Shown in pieces: positions 19,976-30,630 of a stretch of DNA of 64,000 bases (its first letter is position 1; each line of letters opens with the position of its first letter). The notes beneath the pieces are model-generated. The model was not told the origin of the DNA. It ran no database searches and saw nothing but the letters and a program-made list of their open reading frames with translations. The position numbers and the translations under genes are program-made. The stretch is taken from the NCBI GenBank assembly GCA_965219995.1, contig CBDCOX010000002.1:4224001-4288000 (forward strand). The letters run 5' to 3'. Source of the stretch: Candidatus Latescibacterota bacterium. Lineage in GTDB: Bacteria; Latescibacterota; UBA2968; GCA-2709665.

Positions 19976-20263
19976 GTGCATGTTATATCTCGCAAAGCTC
20001 TCCGGTTGTTCTGGACACAGCATCCCGACAGCAAGGCGTCACTGACACGTTGGTATAAGATCATGCGCCAGACGCAATTCAGCGATTTTGCGTCATTGCG
20101 CCGGTCTTTTCCTTCATCGGACAAAGTCGGAGAATTGGTTGTGTTCAACATCGCCGGCAATAAGTACCGACTTATCGCATCGATACATTTCAACCGTGGT
20201 AAGGTATATATTCGTCGTCTACTTACCCACAAAGCATACGCTCGCGGAGGATGGAGTAGATGA
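19976..20263 (+). CDS. higB: HigB toxin (type II TA)
   Basis: MHVISRKALRLFW...VFNIAGNKYRLIASIHF...LTHKAY, the HigB pattern. Confidence 0.88.
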   Translation: MHVISRKALRLFWTQHPDSKASLTRWYKIMRQTQFSDFASLRRSFPSSDKVGELVVFNIAGNKYRLIASIHFNRGKVYIRRLLTHKAYARGGWSR

Positions 20264-20658
20264 ACACAATTACGCCGCAGATACAGCGATCGTGGTCACA
20301 GGTCAGTGACCTGCTGAAGATCCAAAACGAGCGGGAGTACGATATGGCCGTGGAGCGCCTGAACGGACTCATTGACGAGGTGGGTACGGACGAGCGGCAT
20401 CCGCTTTATTCTCTGCTCGATACGTTGGGCGCCGTTGTTCATGCCTGGGAGGAACAACACCACCCCATTGACGAGGCGCCGGGCAGGGACGTACTTCGAT
20501 TTCTCATGGACGAACATGGGTTAAACCAGTCTGAACTGCCGGAGGTTGGCTCGCAGGGAGTGGTTTCAGAGATTCTGGGAGGTCGGAGGGAGCTAAACGT
20601 CCGGCAGATCCGCGCGTTGTCCGCACGTTTTGGCGTCTCACCCGCCGTTTTCGTCTAA
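20260..20658 (+). CDS. higA: HigA antitoxin (HTH)
   Basis: LRFLMDEHGLNQSELPEVGSQGVVSEILGGRRELNVRQIRALSARFGV; overlaps the higB stop. Confidence 0.88.
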   Translation: MNTITPQIQRSWSQVSDLLKIQNEREYDMAVERLNGLIDEVGTDERHPLYSLLDTLGAVVHAWEEQHHPIDEAPGRDVLRFLMDEHGLNQSELPEVGSQGVVSEILGGRRELNVRQIRALSARFGVSPAVFV

Positions 20659-20787
20659 GTGCAATTGGCGTTGAAAGTTACCGGTTCGGAATCCTGCCGT
20701 GGTTGCTGGCCGTTCGGTCCTACTGCCACGGCTTTTTGTTAATCGCTTTGCGACCTGTCAATGCCACTCGCCCGAGGAGATTCCTGA

Positions 20788-21528
20788 ATGGAACGCTACC
20801 ACGCTTATGACGCGATTGCCGGGATCTACAACCGGCACTGGGGAACTTTCGCGGACCGGATCTACCCGGCGCTGCGCCGCCTGGTGCTGCGAGACCTCCC
20901 GCCCGGCTGCGCCGTACTGGATCTCTGCTGCGGTACCGGGCAGCTTGCTGCGGTGCTTTCCGATAGAGGGTACGTCGTTACGGGTGTGGATGGTTCCGAT
21001 GGGATGATCGGGATTGCGCGGAGAAACGCGCCGGACGCGGAGTTCCACGTCCAGGACGCGCGCGACCTCTCTCTGAACGGCCGTTTTACTGCGGTGTTCT
21101 CGACCTACGACAGCCTGAACCACGTGATGAGCCTGGACGAACTGGAGCAGGTCTTTCGAAACGTGTACGCCGTACTGGATGACGGCGGCTGCTTCGTTTT
21201 CGACCTGAACATGGAAGAGGCATACGTCACGCGATGGCGCGGCAGTTTCGGAATGGTCGAGGATGACCTTGTGTGCGTGGCCCGGTCGTCGATGGACGAG
21301 AAGGAGAGAATCGGGAGGATGGACCTGACGGTGTTCGAATTAATCGGAGACGGTTGGAAACGCACCGACGTCTCGCTCCTGCAGCGCTGGTATCCCGAGA
21401 GCGATCTCAGGGAACGACTTCAAAATGCCGGATTCGAAGGAATCCGGACATTTGACGGCGGCGACCCGAGTTTGGAGGGATTGCCGGACTACTCGGGAAG
21501 GATGTTCATCGTGGCGAGGAAAGCATAG
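20788..21528 (+). CDS. Class I SAM-dependent methyltransferase
   Basis: VLDLCCGTG, GVDGS, YDSLNH and GCFVFDLN; GAGGAG RBS. Confidence 0.9.
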   Translation: MERYHAYDAIAGIYNRHWGTFADRIYPALRRLVLRDLPPGCAVLDLCCGTGQLAAVLSDRGYVVTGVDGSDGMIGIARRNAPDAEFHVQDARDLSLNGRFTAVFSTYDSLNHVMSLDELEQVFRNVYAVLDDGGCFVFDLNMEEAYVTRWRGSFGMVEDDLVCVARSSMDEKERIGRMDLTVFELIGDGWKRTDVSLLQRWYPESDLRERLQNAGFEGIRTFDGGDPSLEGLPDYSGRMFIVARKA

Positions 21529-21788
21529 GTAAGACACTCCGGTAATGTGTGGTATGTGTCGCAATTTGCAACACATGCCCCGGGTGTCATCGTATTCGAT
21601 CCGGCCGTGTCGAATTGAGGATCGGTCAACGAAGCCTGTGCAGAGGTGAGCCTGCCCGTACGTACGGGCGGCAGCGGGAGACGCGCGGAATACCGGGCTG
21701 AGAGGGGAGAGGACCACCGGCTGTCTTTAGGACGAGACGCCCTCCGTTCAGCGAGGTTGGGGCTCTCAGCCCGGATGGACCCAGCGGA

Positions 21789-23732
21789 TTAATCACTTGC
21801 CTGGTTGTATTTCTTCAGTTTGCGGTGCAGGGTTGCGCGATGGATGCCAAGTGCGTTCGCGGCGCGCGTAACATTGTCGCCGGCAACTTCCAGGGCCAGG
21901 AGCACGGCCTGCCTTTCGACCTCCGCGAGTGAAAGCGACGCCGACCTCTCGAGGTTGTCCTGACTGGACGTAATCGCGGGAGACAGTTGAGGCGGCAGGT
22001 TGCCAGCCTGAATCACCGGGGTTGTCTCCAGCAACACAGCTCGTTCGATGGCATTTTCAAGTTCGCGCACATTGCCGGGCCAATCGTACTGCAGCAGCAG
22101 GCGCAGGGCCGCCGTGGAGATGCCGTCGATGGATTTGTTCAGCCGTTTGGCGAACTTTTCGATGAAATGCTCAACGAGCGCTGGAATGTCCTCCCGCCGT
22201 TCTCTTAAGGGCGGTATCACGATGGGAAATGCCGCGACGCGATAGAACAGGTCTTCGCGGAATTCGCCCGCCTTCACGGCGCGCTCCAGGTCCTTGTTGG
22301 TTGCCGCTATCACCCTGATGTCGACGGATACGGGAGCGGTGCCGCCAATCCGCTGGATTTCGCGCTCCTGCAGAACGCGCAACAACGTGCCCTGAAGCGG
22401 GTAGGGCAGGTCGCCAATTTCGTCGATAAGGATCGTACCTCCGTCCGCGCGTTCGAACGCCCCGACTCTGCGTGTGGTTGCACCGGTGAACGCGCCCTTC
22501 TCGTGTCCGAACAATTCGCTCTCGATCAGCGTTTCGGGAATGGTAGCGCAATCCAACGCCACAAACGGACCATTCTTCCTCAAACTGTTAAAGTGGAATG
22601 ACCTTGCCACGAGTTCTTTTCCGGTACCGCTTTCGCCCTGGATCAGTACCGTAATGTCGCTTTCCGCGGCCTGTTTCATCAGTGCGAACACGGTATGCAT
22701 GACCTTGCTGGTTCCTACCAATCCGGCAAAGGAATACGTTGTTTCCAATTCAGTGCGCAGGCGCTGTACTTCGGCCTTCATCTGCTCGGCGTCGATTGCC
22801 GTGGATACGTCCCGATACAGTACGAGGTTGCCGATGACGTGCCCCAGTTCGTCCGTCACAGGCGCGGTTGAGCGGTAGAACAGGCGCTGCCCGGGCAGTC
22901 CGCCGGCGCCGGTTGTTTCCACGACGTCTTCGCCGTCGAGAGGAAGACTGCCGTCGGTGCCGCCCAGGTCAGGTTTCCTGAACCGTTCCTTGAAACGCGC
23001 CAGGAGATCGTCCGGCGAAATCTCCCCCAGTTCGATATCCTCCAGACCCATGAGTTGCTCGTACATTCCATTGGCGAATACCAGACGTTCTGAGACGTCC
23101 TGCATTGCAATGGCATCGCCCGTGGCATTCAGGACTGCTTCGAGTCTTAAATGGCTGGTGGCAAGTTGCCGCCTTTGTTTCGCGAATTCCTGTTCGATGT
23201 TCCACTTTCCAACCAGCGACAAGGTGATTTGCTGAATCTCCTCGTGGGTGAAGGGTTTTCTGATATAGAGGAGCTTGTGCAGTAATTCCATGTCATAGAC
23301 GATCTCAGGCAGAGACATATCGGTATACGCCGTCATAATGACGATTTCAATGTCGCGATCGATTTCTCTCACCCTACGCACCGTTTCGATGCCATCGATT
23401 CCAGGGGGCATTCGAATATCTATATAGGCGACGGCAACGGGTCGATTCGATTCCTTGCCCTCCCGGATAATGTTGTATGCTTCCTCTCCATTGTTCGCGT
23501 GCATCAATTCGAACTCCGGAAGATAACGCCCTTCCTGCTCGCGGACGAATGCAACCGCCAGATCGTCAGCCGAGCGGCTCGCAATACCGGAACACAGCAT
23601 TTCTGCAAAGTCGTCGTGTATCTCGGGCTGATCGTCGACAATCAGTACCCGTTTGTTTCCGTGATTAAATGTTTCCATCGACCACCCTGGTCCCCGACCG
23701 GTTGACAAGCTATCTGAAAACGGAGCATCCAT
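21789..23732 (-). CDS. Sigma-54-dependent NtrC-family activator (REC-PAS-AAA+-Fis HTH)
   Basis: LIVDD...DIRMPPG receiver, [33 protein letters not shown] and a C-terminal HTH; start may be 23732 or about 23678. Confidence 0.93.
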   Translation of the reverse strand: MDAPFSDSLSTGRGPGWSMETFNHGNKRVLIVDDQPEIHDDFAEMLCSGIASRSADDLAVAFVREQEGRYLPEFELMHANNGEEAYNIIREGKESNRPVAVAYIDIRMPPGIDGIETVRRVREIDRDIEIVIMTAYTDMSLPEIVYDMELLHKLLYIRKPFTHEEIQQITLSLVGKWNIEQEFAKQRRQLATSHLRLEAVLNATGDAIAMQDVSERLVFANGMYEQLMGLEDIELGEISPDDLLARFKERFRKPDLGGTDGSLPLDGEDVVETTGAGGLPGQRLFYRSTAPVTDELGHVIGNLVLYRDVSTAIDAEQMKAEVQRLRTELETTYSFAGLVGTSKVMHTVFALMKQAAESDITVLIQGESGTGKELVARSFHFNSLRKNGPFVALDCATIPETLIESELFGHEKGAFTGATTRRVGAFERADGGTILIDEIGDLPYPLQGTLLRVLQEREIQRIGGTAPVSVDIRVIAATNKDLERAVKAGEFREDLFYRVAAFPIVIPPLRERREDIPALVEHFIEKFAKRLNKSIDGISTAALRLLLQYDWPGNVRELENAIERAVLLETTPVIQAGNLPPQLSPAITSSQDNLERSASLSLAEVERQAVLLALEVAGDNVTRAANALGIHRATLHRKLKKYNQASD

Positions 23733-23758
23733 ATCTCATCCCGCCCTTCGCGTTTTTC

Positions 23759-23774
23759 TGCACAATTTGTGCCA
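23759..23774 (-). promoter_or_regulatory. Sigma-54 (-24/-12) promoter upstream of the NtrC-type gene
   Basis: Minus strand TGGCACAAATTGTGCA: GG and GC separated by 10 nt; IHF-like ATTCAAtaaaTTG at 23793-23805. Confidence 0.65.
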
Positions 23775-24256
23775 ACAACTCTCGAAAGCAACCAATTTAT
23801 TGAATATTAAGGAGTTAAATTATCTGGATGACTTACGCCGCATTTTCATTGGTGTTGTATAGTGCGCCGACTGGATTCGCGCAGATGCGTGTGCGCCATC
23901 CTCGAACAATCGAACATAACTATATGATTGTTATTAATATACAAGGATATTTCCGCAATATTCCGGATGGAATGTGGCAATTTGCTACTGAAGTCGTTTT
24001 TTGCAACGCCGCGGCGGGTTTTTGCCCTCGCAATCCATTCAGCATCGACTGCAAACCCGTGGTGGACCGCCATCGTTCAGGTCCGTAGGCGACGGTTACA
24101 CGAATTCGAATAAGGCGGACGTACGGAAACCGACGACGCCTCCTACCGGGAATCCGGGACCTTACGTTGTGTCAATCATACCGGATCCGGAGTGCTTGTC
24201 GCGGGAACGGTGGTTCCCTGCGGACCGGAATTGTGTGCGTGGCGTACCTGTAGCAG

Positions 24257-26368
24257 CTATCCGGCATCCAACCGCGGAGCTACTGAGGTTAGCGGCAGCA
24301 TGACCCGCATGGTTGTTCCATTGCCCTTTCCTTTGCTGGACGGTTCGATTCGTCCACCGGAAGCAATGACGAAGTTGGCCGCCGAGTGGAGGCCGAGCCC
24401 GCTGCCCGATTTCTTCGTGGTATACCCGGGGGTAAATAACACGCGGGTGTCTTGGTATTCGATACCAATGCCGTTGTCGATGACTTCGAGGTTGAGGTAG
24501 CCGTCCACGGCGCTGGCTTTTATCCTGATGCTCGGGGTTTCCCGGAGACCGAACAAGACTGCCTGTTCATCGATGGCTTCGATCGAATTCTTGACCAGGT
24601 TTACCAGCATCTGGTGAAACTGACTCTCGCGGACGCGAATTTGCTGTGGCGCATCCTCACAGTTGACGTCGGTCCGGATCCCCCTCCTGGCGAGTGATTC
24701 TCTTAAAACTCTGAGAGAGCCGGCGAGCGCGTCGTAGAGGTCGATATCCTTGCTATCCATATCGGAACCGTCAAGCGCTTTCTGGGTGCGGATGATGTCC
24801 GCGATGCGATTGGCGCGGTCTCGAACGCGGGAAACCGTTTTCATCAACTCGTCGTTCCGTCTGCCGAAGTCTTCCGCCAGCTTGATGATGAACGGCATGA
24901 CCTTGCGGCCCTGCGGGTCGTTTGAAATGTAGTCGATCCAATCGCTTCGATGTGCGTCGATTGCGCTGGCCAGTGCGAATAGACGCCGGCCTGCGCGGTC
25001 ATTCGAGAGATTCCGCCGGACGGTTTCGATCCCGGTGGTAACACTGTTCATCGCGTTGCCGATGTTGTGGAGAATGGTGTCCACCATCTCCAGCCGCCCC
25101 TGGTCGAATGCCCGCGCCAGTGCCTCCTCGGCAAGCACCCGCTCCGTTACGTCGCGAAAGATAACCACGCCGCCCCTTATTTCGCCCGTGTTGTCGAGCA
25201 AGGGTCGCGCGCTCATCCGGATGTAGACCCCGGCCGGCTTTTTCCTGTTCCGAATGAACACATCCGCCTCATCCGTGGATTCTCCCAGACGAATGGCTCG
25301 CATGAGCGGGAGGTTCTCGGTCTTCATCGGTGTTATTCGATCGGGAAAGTAAACTCCGTATTCCTCGGCACAGTTGTCCGGAAACCCGTCCTTGATATCC
25401 ATCCCCACGATTTGTGTGGCGCCCGGGTTTACGTAAAGGAACTTTCCGTGGGTGTCGGCAACGATGATGCCGTCACTCATGCTCTTGAGGATGGTCTCCA
25501 TCAATTCGGCCTGTTCCTGCAGCTTGGCGAACGTCCGTTCCAACTCGGCTTCCGCCTGCTTCAATTTCGTCACGTCACGGATAACGGCCACGCCGCCTCT
25601 TGACGATCCCAACCGGTCCAGCAGGGGTCTTGCGCTTATGTTCACGTGGACCCCGTCCGGCTTCAGTTCGTTGCGTATCAGGAACTCGGTTTCTTCGGTT
25701 GTCTGGCCTCTGAGCGCAAGCATCAGCGGATTCAGATCCTCGCTGAGGACGGTCTGCCCGTCGGGCAGAAATACACCGTATCTTTCGGGCCACCTGGCGA
25801 TGTCCTTTTCCAGCGGATGGCTGCCGCCGATTTGAGGCCCGCTCGAATTTTGAAACAGGATCGTCCCATCTTCGTCTACAGCCACCACGCCTTCACTCAT
25901 GCTGTTAAATACCGTTTCCATGAGTTCCGCATGGTTCTTGTATTCATCGATTGTTCGTTCAAGGACAATCCGTGTTCTACGACGTTCGTGTTCCCCTTCG
26001 CGAATGGAGACGGCGGCCTGGATATTCAAATGTAGCTGTCGTACGTCGACAGGTTTGAGCACGTAGCCGTACGGTTTCGTTGTCTGCGCCTGTTCAATCA
26101 GGTCTCCCTCTGCTTCGTCGGTCATGTACACGACGGGAACGTCGAACCGCTGGCACAGACGTTTGCCAACCGCCGGTCCCGTCACGTCGCCGCGAAGTCC
26201 GAGGTCGACCAGCGCCAGATCGGGTCGCATTTCAACGGCGACGGTATCGACCTTTCTTCCGTCTGCGACGACCGCGGAGACGGTGTATCCCATCATCAGG
26301 CAGGCCTTCAAATGGGCTGCGAAGGATTCGTCGTCTGCCACGATCAGGATTCGTCGTTCTGCGTTCAT
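24257..26368 (-). CDS. Hybrid sensor histidine kinase (REC-PAS-PAS-HisKA-HATPase), cytoplasmic
   Basis: Receiver (LVDLGL, KP), two PAS repeats, LHNIGN H-box, NLVKNSIEA, DNGIG and GSGLGL. Confidence 0.92.
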   Translation of the reverse strand: MNAERRILIVADDESFAAHLKACLMMGYTVSAVVADGRKVDTVAVEMRPDLALVDLGLRGDVTGPAVGKRLCQRFDVPVVYMTDEAEGDLIEQAQTTKPYGYVLKPVDVRQLHLNIQAAVSIREGEHERRRTRIVLERTIDEYKNHAELMETVFNSMSEGVVAVDEDGTILFQNSSGPQIGGSHPLEKDIARWPERYGVFLPDGQTVLSEDLNPLMLALRGQTTEETEFLIRNELKPDGVHVNISARPLLDRLGSSRGGVAVIRDVTKLKQAEAELERTFAKLQEQAELMETILKSMSDGIIVADTHGKFLYVNPGATQIVGMDIKDGFPDNCAEEYGVYFPDRITPMKTENLPLMRAIRLGESTDEADVFIRNRKKPAGVYIRMSARPLLDNTGEIRGGVVIFRDVTERVLAEEALARAFDQGRLEMVDTILHNIGNAMNSVTTGIETVRRNLSNDRAGRRLFALASAIDAHRSDWIDYISNDPQGRKVMPFIIKLAEDFGRRNDELMKTVSRVRDRANRIADIIRTQKALDGSDMDSKDIDLYDALAGSLRVLRESLARRGIRTDVNCEDAPQQIRVRESQFHQMLVNLVKNSIEAIDEQAVLFGLRETPSIRIKASAVDGYLNLEVIDNGIGIEYQDTRVLFTPGYTTKKSGSGLGLHSAANFVIASGGRIEPSSKGKGNGTTMRVMLPLTSVAPRLDAG

Positions 26369-26442
26369 CAATGTTGTTCGCTTTCTTTACAAGGGTGAGT
26401 GGCTGCAGGATTGTCTGACAGAACCGGTTTCCAACCGCCCGC

Positions 26443-27675
26443 TCATTCCGCCTTTGGATTCTCCCACGACACACGCACTCCTTTCTTCCGGAATGCGTCG
26501 ATATGTCTGCGTATGGACTCCGACGATAGGGGGTTCCCGCGTACGGTCAACTTCGTCAGGTCGTCGAGCGCGGAAAGGCGCGATATGTCTGTGACCCGGT
26601 TTTGTCCCAGATTCAGCGTTGCCAGGCTAACCAGCCCGGTCAGCCCCTTGATGTCGCTGATGCCATTGTTGTGAAGGTGGAGGTGTTGGAGATTGGCCAG
26701 TCCGGATATCGGCGATATGTCTGTGATGCCGTTGTGCCCCATATGTAGCCGCTTCAGTTCATTCATCTCTGCCAGCGGCCCCAAATCGCTGATCGCGTTC
26801 CTGTCAACGTAAAGGCGGGTCAGCTTAGTCAATCCCGCCAGCGGCGTCAGGTCGCTGATCCCATTTCTGTCGAGGTCCAGTTCCTTCAGGTTTTTCAGTC
26901 CGGCCAGCGGCTTCAGGTCAGCGATGCCGTTGCTGTCCAGGCGCAGCGCCGTCAGCTCAGTCAGCCCGGAAAGGGGCGACAGGTCGCTGATTCCGTTGCT
27001 GTCGAGGTCCAGTTCCTTCAGGCTTTCCAGACCTGTCAACGGTGTCAAGTCGCTGATGCCGTTGCCTTCGAGGCGGAGCCCCGTCAGACTCGTCAGCCCC
27101 GATAGCGCCGATACGTCGGTGATGCCATTGTTGTCCAGGTCCAGTTCCTTCAGGTTTGTCAAACCGGCCAGCGGCGCTATGTCGCTGATGCCGTTTCCTT
27201 CCAGACGCAACCTGACGAGTCTGTTCAGTCCGGACACAGGCGATACGTCGCTGATGCCGTTGTCGCCGAGATAGAGCCTTTCGAGGATTTGCAGCCTGGA
27301 GAGCGGCGTAATGTCGCTGATGCGGTTGCCCTCGAGACGCAGCCTCTTCAGATTGGTTAAAGCGGCCAGGGGTCCGAGGTCGACGATTTCATTGCCGTTG
27401 ACATTCAGTGCAATCAGGTTGATTGCGTGCTCAATCCCGTTCAGTCGAACAATGCCCTCGCGTTCGGCTTTCAGATGTGTCAACATTGCCAGGTCTGCCG
27501 CCGTGATCGGCTTACCATCCGCAATGTTCAGAGAGTCCCGGACTACGGATCGCAAACGTCCGTCCGGAACCAGCGTCGGTTTCGGCTCCGGCGCCGGAGG
27601 TTCCGTGACTTCCCGCGGGCCGGCGCAGCCGAACAGGACGGCTAAGGCTGCAAATGAGATGACTCTGTATAGCAT
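26443..27675 (-). CDS. Internalin-like LRR lipoprotein
   Basis: Lipobox LFGC and roughly 14 22-aa repeats LxxLxLxxNxISDLxPLxGL. Confidence 0.9.
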   Translation of the reverse strand: MLYRVISFAALAVLFGCAGPREVTEPPAPEPKPTLVPDGRLRSVVRDSLNIADGKPITAADLAMLTHLKAEREGIVRLNGIEHAINLIALNVNGNEIVDLGPLAALTNLKRLRLEGNRISDITPLSRLQILERLYLGDNGISDVSPVSGLNRLVRLRLEGNGISDIAPLAGLTNLKELDLDNNGITDVSALSGLTSLTGLRLEGNGISDLTPLTGLESLKELDLDSNGISDLSPLSGLTELTALRLDSNGIADLKPLAGLKNLKELDLDRNGISDLTPLAGLTKLTRLYVDRNAISDLGPLAEMNELKRLHMGHNGITDISPISGLANLQHLHLHNNGISDIKGLTGLVSLATLNLGQNRVTDISRLSALDDLTKLTVRGNPLSSESIRRHIDAFRKKGVRVSWENPKAE

Positions 27676-27849
27676 GTCGACCCTCGTTTGTTTCGTTGCG
27701 ACGCAGGTCTACTGTGCGTATGTAGCGACGAAGCGGGCATAGTACTGCTGAAGAACCAGTCTGAAAACGCCGCAAGCCTTGAGGTCAGGACTCATCGGGT
27801 ATTTTCGAGCGGGTTCACAGGCGAACGCGCTCAGCGCAACCGCATCAAG

Positions 27850-29657
27850 CTACTTGAGGTAGAGCATCCGTTGCGTCTTCACTCCGTCAGGATAGGTCAG
27901 GCGAGCGATGTAGACCCCCGTTGACAGCAAGACGCCGCCCTCGTCGCGCGCATCCCACCGAACCTGGTAGACGCCGGCGGCCTGAGACGCATCCACCAGC
28001 GTGCGTACGGGCTGGCCCAACACGTTGTAGATCACCAGTTGCACAGGGCCGGGACCGGCCAGGTGGTAGGTGATCACAGTGGCGCTGTTGAACGGGTTGG
28101 GCGAATTGGGCGCCAGCCCGCTGAGTGCGACCACCGCCTCGGGGCCACCACCGGCTCATCAGCAATTGCCAGCTTGCCCACGGCCAGCGGTTCGACCCGT
28201 ACGACCCTCATCCCGCCCTCCAGCGTCAGTTCCAGGATCTGGCGTTGATTGCGATTGAGGGGAATGCTGTGCCACTGGCCCACGATATCGCCCACGGCGT
28301 TTCGGGCGCGGGCCCGGTAGTAGCCGCTCACCCCGTCCGGGCTGGAGATGGTCAGGATAAAGCTGCCGCTGGCATTGGTGACGGCACTCCAGTCGTAGCT
28401 GGACGGGCGGCCGGAGACGGCCCGCGAAAACTCGACCTCCAGCCCCGCGACGGCGTCTCCCAGGACCCTGGCGCCTACTACCGTACGGGGACCCGTCGTG
28501 GCTATATCAGGCGCGCGTACATAAAATCCGGACCCTACGATAAAAACCACAGGGCGCGTAGAACCGTCTGCTCTCTCGAGTTCACCGGTAAACTGGCGGG
28601 CGTAGCCCACCTTGGGGACGTCGGCGCTGTCCGTGTCATCCGTCGGATCGTCGTAGAAATACTCCACGAAACCGCCTTCCGGTCCACTCATTGCCGCCGC
28701 TAACACCTTCGGCAAAATGAGCTCTCCGGTAACTCCGTCTCGCGCGATCCCCACCAGAGGCCGCAGTTCGAACAAGTCCGGAAATGCGCCGTGAAACAGG
28801 ACAATGTTGCTGGCAGGATCCAGAATATAAAGGTATACGGACCCGTGTCTCCATGGACCATCCGGATCCCGCAAAGCGACCCTGGCTCTCAAGATAGCGG
28901 GCACAAGACCGCCGCCCTTCTGCTGTGAGAGAAAAGCCGCTCCTGCTTGCGTAACAAAGGCTTTTAAGGTTTCCCTGTCCACCACGTCACGTGCGGTAAC
29001 GGCAGGTATGGCATAATCGAATTCCTCTTCGGCCAGGTGAGATTCGTCGAGGTCGAATCCGGCAAGCAAAACGAGGGGGAATCTGAAATTCCTCGAATAG
29101 TAAACAGCGGTATATCCTGAAGCCCCCGGTATGCCGGGTATGTCGAACTGGCCGCCATCCCTGCCTGCAGCCTCACTGAAAGCAGCCGTTATCGCAACGG
29201 GATCATCCTGTAAACCGGCCAGGTTGATTTCCAACGCCCGGAGAATGGCTCCATAAATCGACGGTTTGAGCAACCTGCCGGACAGCGCCATATTTTTCGC
29301 GTGAATAAACACCCTGCCATCAGGCGTCAGCTTCACAAGATAGGTGGAACCGGAGTGTAAATGGCTCCCGTCCTGCCTCAGGATACAACCCACGTATAAC
29401 TGCAGTTCGGCAGAATCCGTCCTTCGACCGAACCAGTCTCTCGCTTCCAACCCGAATTCACTCAAGGGAGCGCTACCGTCTTCGACCTGCTGCGCCGTAA
29501 CTTGCAGCGTTGGCGGAAGCTTCACACCGGAAGGGGGTGGACAGGCGCCATCCGTCTGCGCCAGGGCGGGACGCGTATTGGCAATGACGCCGGCCAGTAC
29601 GAGCAGACCGGCAGCAGGAATCAGGGAAGCCGACGCGAAAAACCCTCGAATTCTCAT
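27850..29657 (-). pseudogene. Exported Cache-like domain protein with FlgD/CTD, frameshifted near 28140
   Basis: ORF 28074..29657 and ORF 27850..28134 together align with intact paralog 32282..34084; one base is missing at the VAP-E-A junction. Confidence 0.75.
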
Positions 29658-29756
29658 TTCGAATGTTCTCCTTTCAGGATGTGAACGATTCACTTTGATT
29701 CGCTATTTTACAACGACCTCTCCTGCCCGGTTCAGGGCTGAAGGATATTTAATGTC

Positions 29757-29806
29757 TTGACAGTCCGTATAAATTATCTTAATGTATCAGACAGCCCAAA
29801 GGAGGT
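29757..29806 (+). promoter_or_regulatory. Sigma70 promoter and strong RBS
   Basis: TTGACA(29757)-N17-TAATGT(29780), then AAAGGAGGT at 29798-29806. Confidence 0.65.
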
Positions 29807-29811
29807 ATCAG

Positions 29812-30027
29812 ATGAACCGTCAATTCAAGTGGTGGTGCTGTCGATACTTGCTTCGGATCATTTGTATAGATTGCAGCTTCAGTGACAAGACTGCGTGTAT
29901 GTTTCACAGGTGTCGGGACGGTACCTATAAGCCCGGACGCCCCGGTTTGATGTGCGAAAAGGGAGCGTGTGTTAACCCTCGCAGAAAGCACGGGATACCG
30001 ACGGCGGTTCAGAAGTACTATGTCTGA
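29812..30027 (+). CDS. Small basic cysteine-rich protein (71 aa, 8 Cys)
   Basis: Strong RBS 5 nt before the ATG, upstream promoter and downstream hairpin; no recognisable family. Confidence 0.6.
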   Translation: MNRQFKWWCCRYLLRIICIDCSFSDKTACMFHRCRDGTYKPGRPGLMCEKGACVNPRRKHGIPTAVQKYYV

Positions 30028-30053
30028 CGGGATTAATGGAGACGCGAACAATG

Positions 30054-30086
30054 AGCCCCCGGGTTGTAGAAAACAGCCCGGGGGCT
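30054..30086. terminator. Hairpin, probably a terminator between convergent genes
   Basis: agcccccgggttgt-agaaa-acagcccgggggct, a 14-bp stem with one G-U pair; no clear U-tract. Confidence 0.6.
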
Positions 30087-30225
30087 GTTGATGATCGACC
30101 GGTTTCGTCCAATGCGGGATCGTGTCTGCCTCCGGAGATTCATCGAATCGAACGTCGTGATAGACAAACCCACGCGCGGAGCTTCCGGTCCCGACCAGCG
30201 GACCGGAGATTGCGAGTATCGTAAC

Positions 30226-30630
30226 CTACCCCCTCCAATACAGATATCCTCCGATCAATACGGAGCACACTCCCCCCACCAGTAGCAGACTCCACAGAAA
30301 AGCGAAGAACCAACGCATGATCGGGTGTCGGTCCTCACGATGTCGGAAGAAACCCGACCAGAACACGACCGTCAACACAACCAGTGCCGCGAGGCCCACC
30401 TTCTGCAGCGCAAAGACCTCTCCAAGCCAGTATTTGTAGTAGAGGATGTGTTCCTGCATCGAGGAGAGTTTCCATGCGGACAATACCTGATACACCTCAA
30501 ACCAGAACACGATTCGCTGGCGCGCCTCACCCGGGTTTATTGTCAGGCGGCCACCGGTTTTTCCTTCACGAACCCCTTGGGCGCGATGGCTCGCAACTTC
30601 CGAATTTTCATTGGTACTCGCCGATCCCAA
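30226..30630 (-). CDS. Small membrane protein (2 TM); start uncertain
   Basis: Hydrophobic segments VGLAALVVLTVVFWSGFF and WFFAFLWSLLLVGGVCSVLIGGYLYW. Confidence 0.45.
   Translation of the reverse strand: MGSASTNENSEVASHRAQGVREGKTGGRLTINPGEARQRIVFWFEVYQVLSAWKLSSMQEHILYYKYWLGEVFALQKVGLAALVVLTVVFWSGFFRHREDRHPIMRWFFAFLWSLLLVGGVCSVLIGGYLYWRG

Noticed and set aside
1745-21528. Integron cassette array
   Set aside because: No intI and no recurring RYYYAAC...GTTRRRY attC structure found between genes by eye; several genes are translationally coupled.
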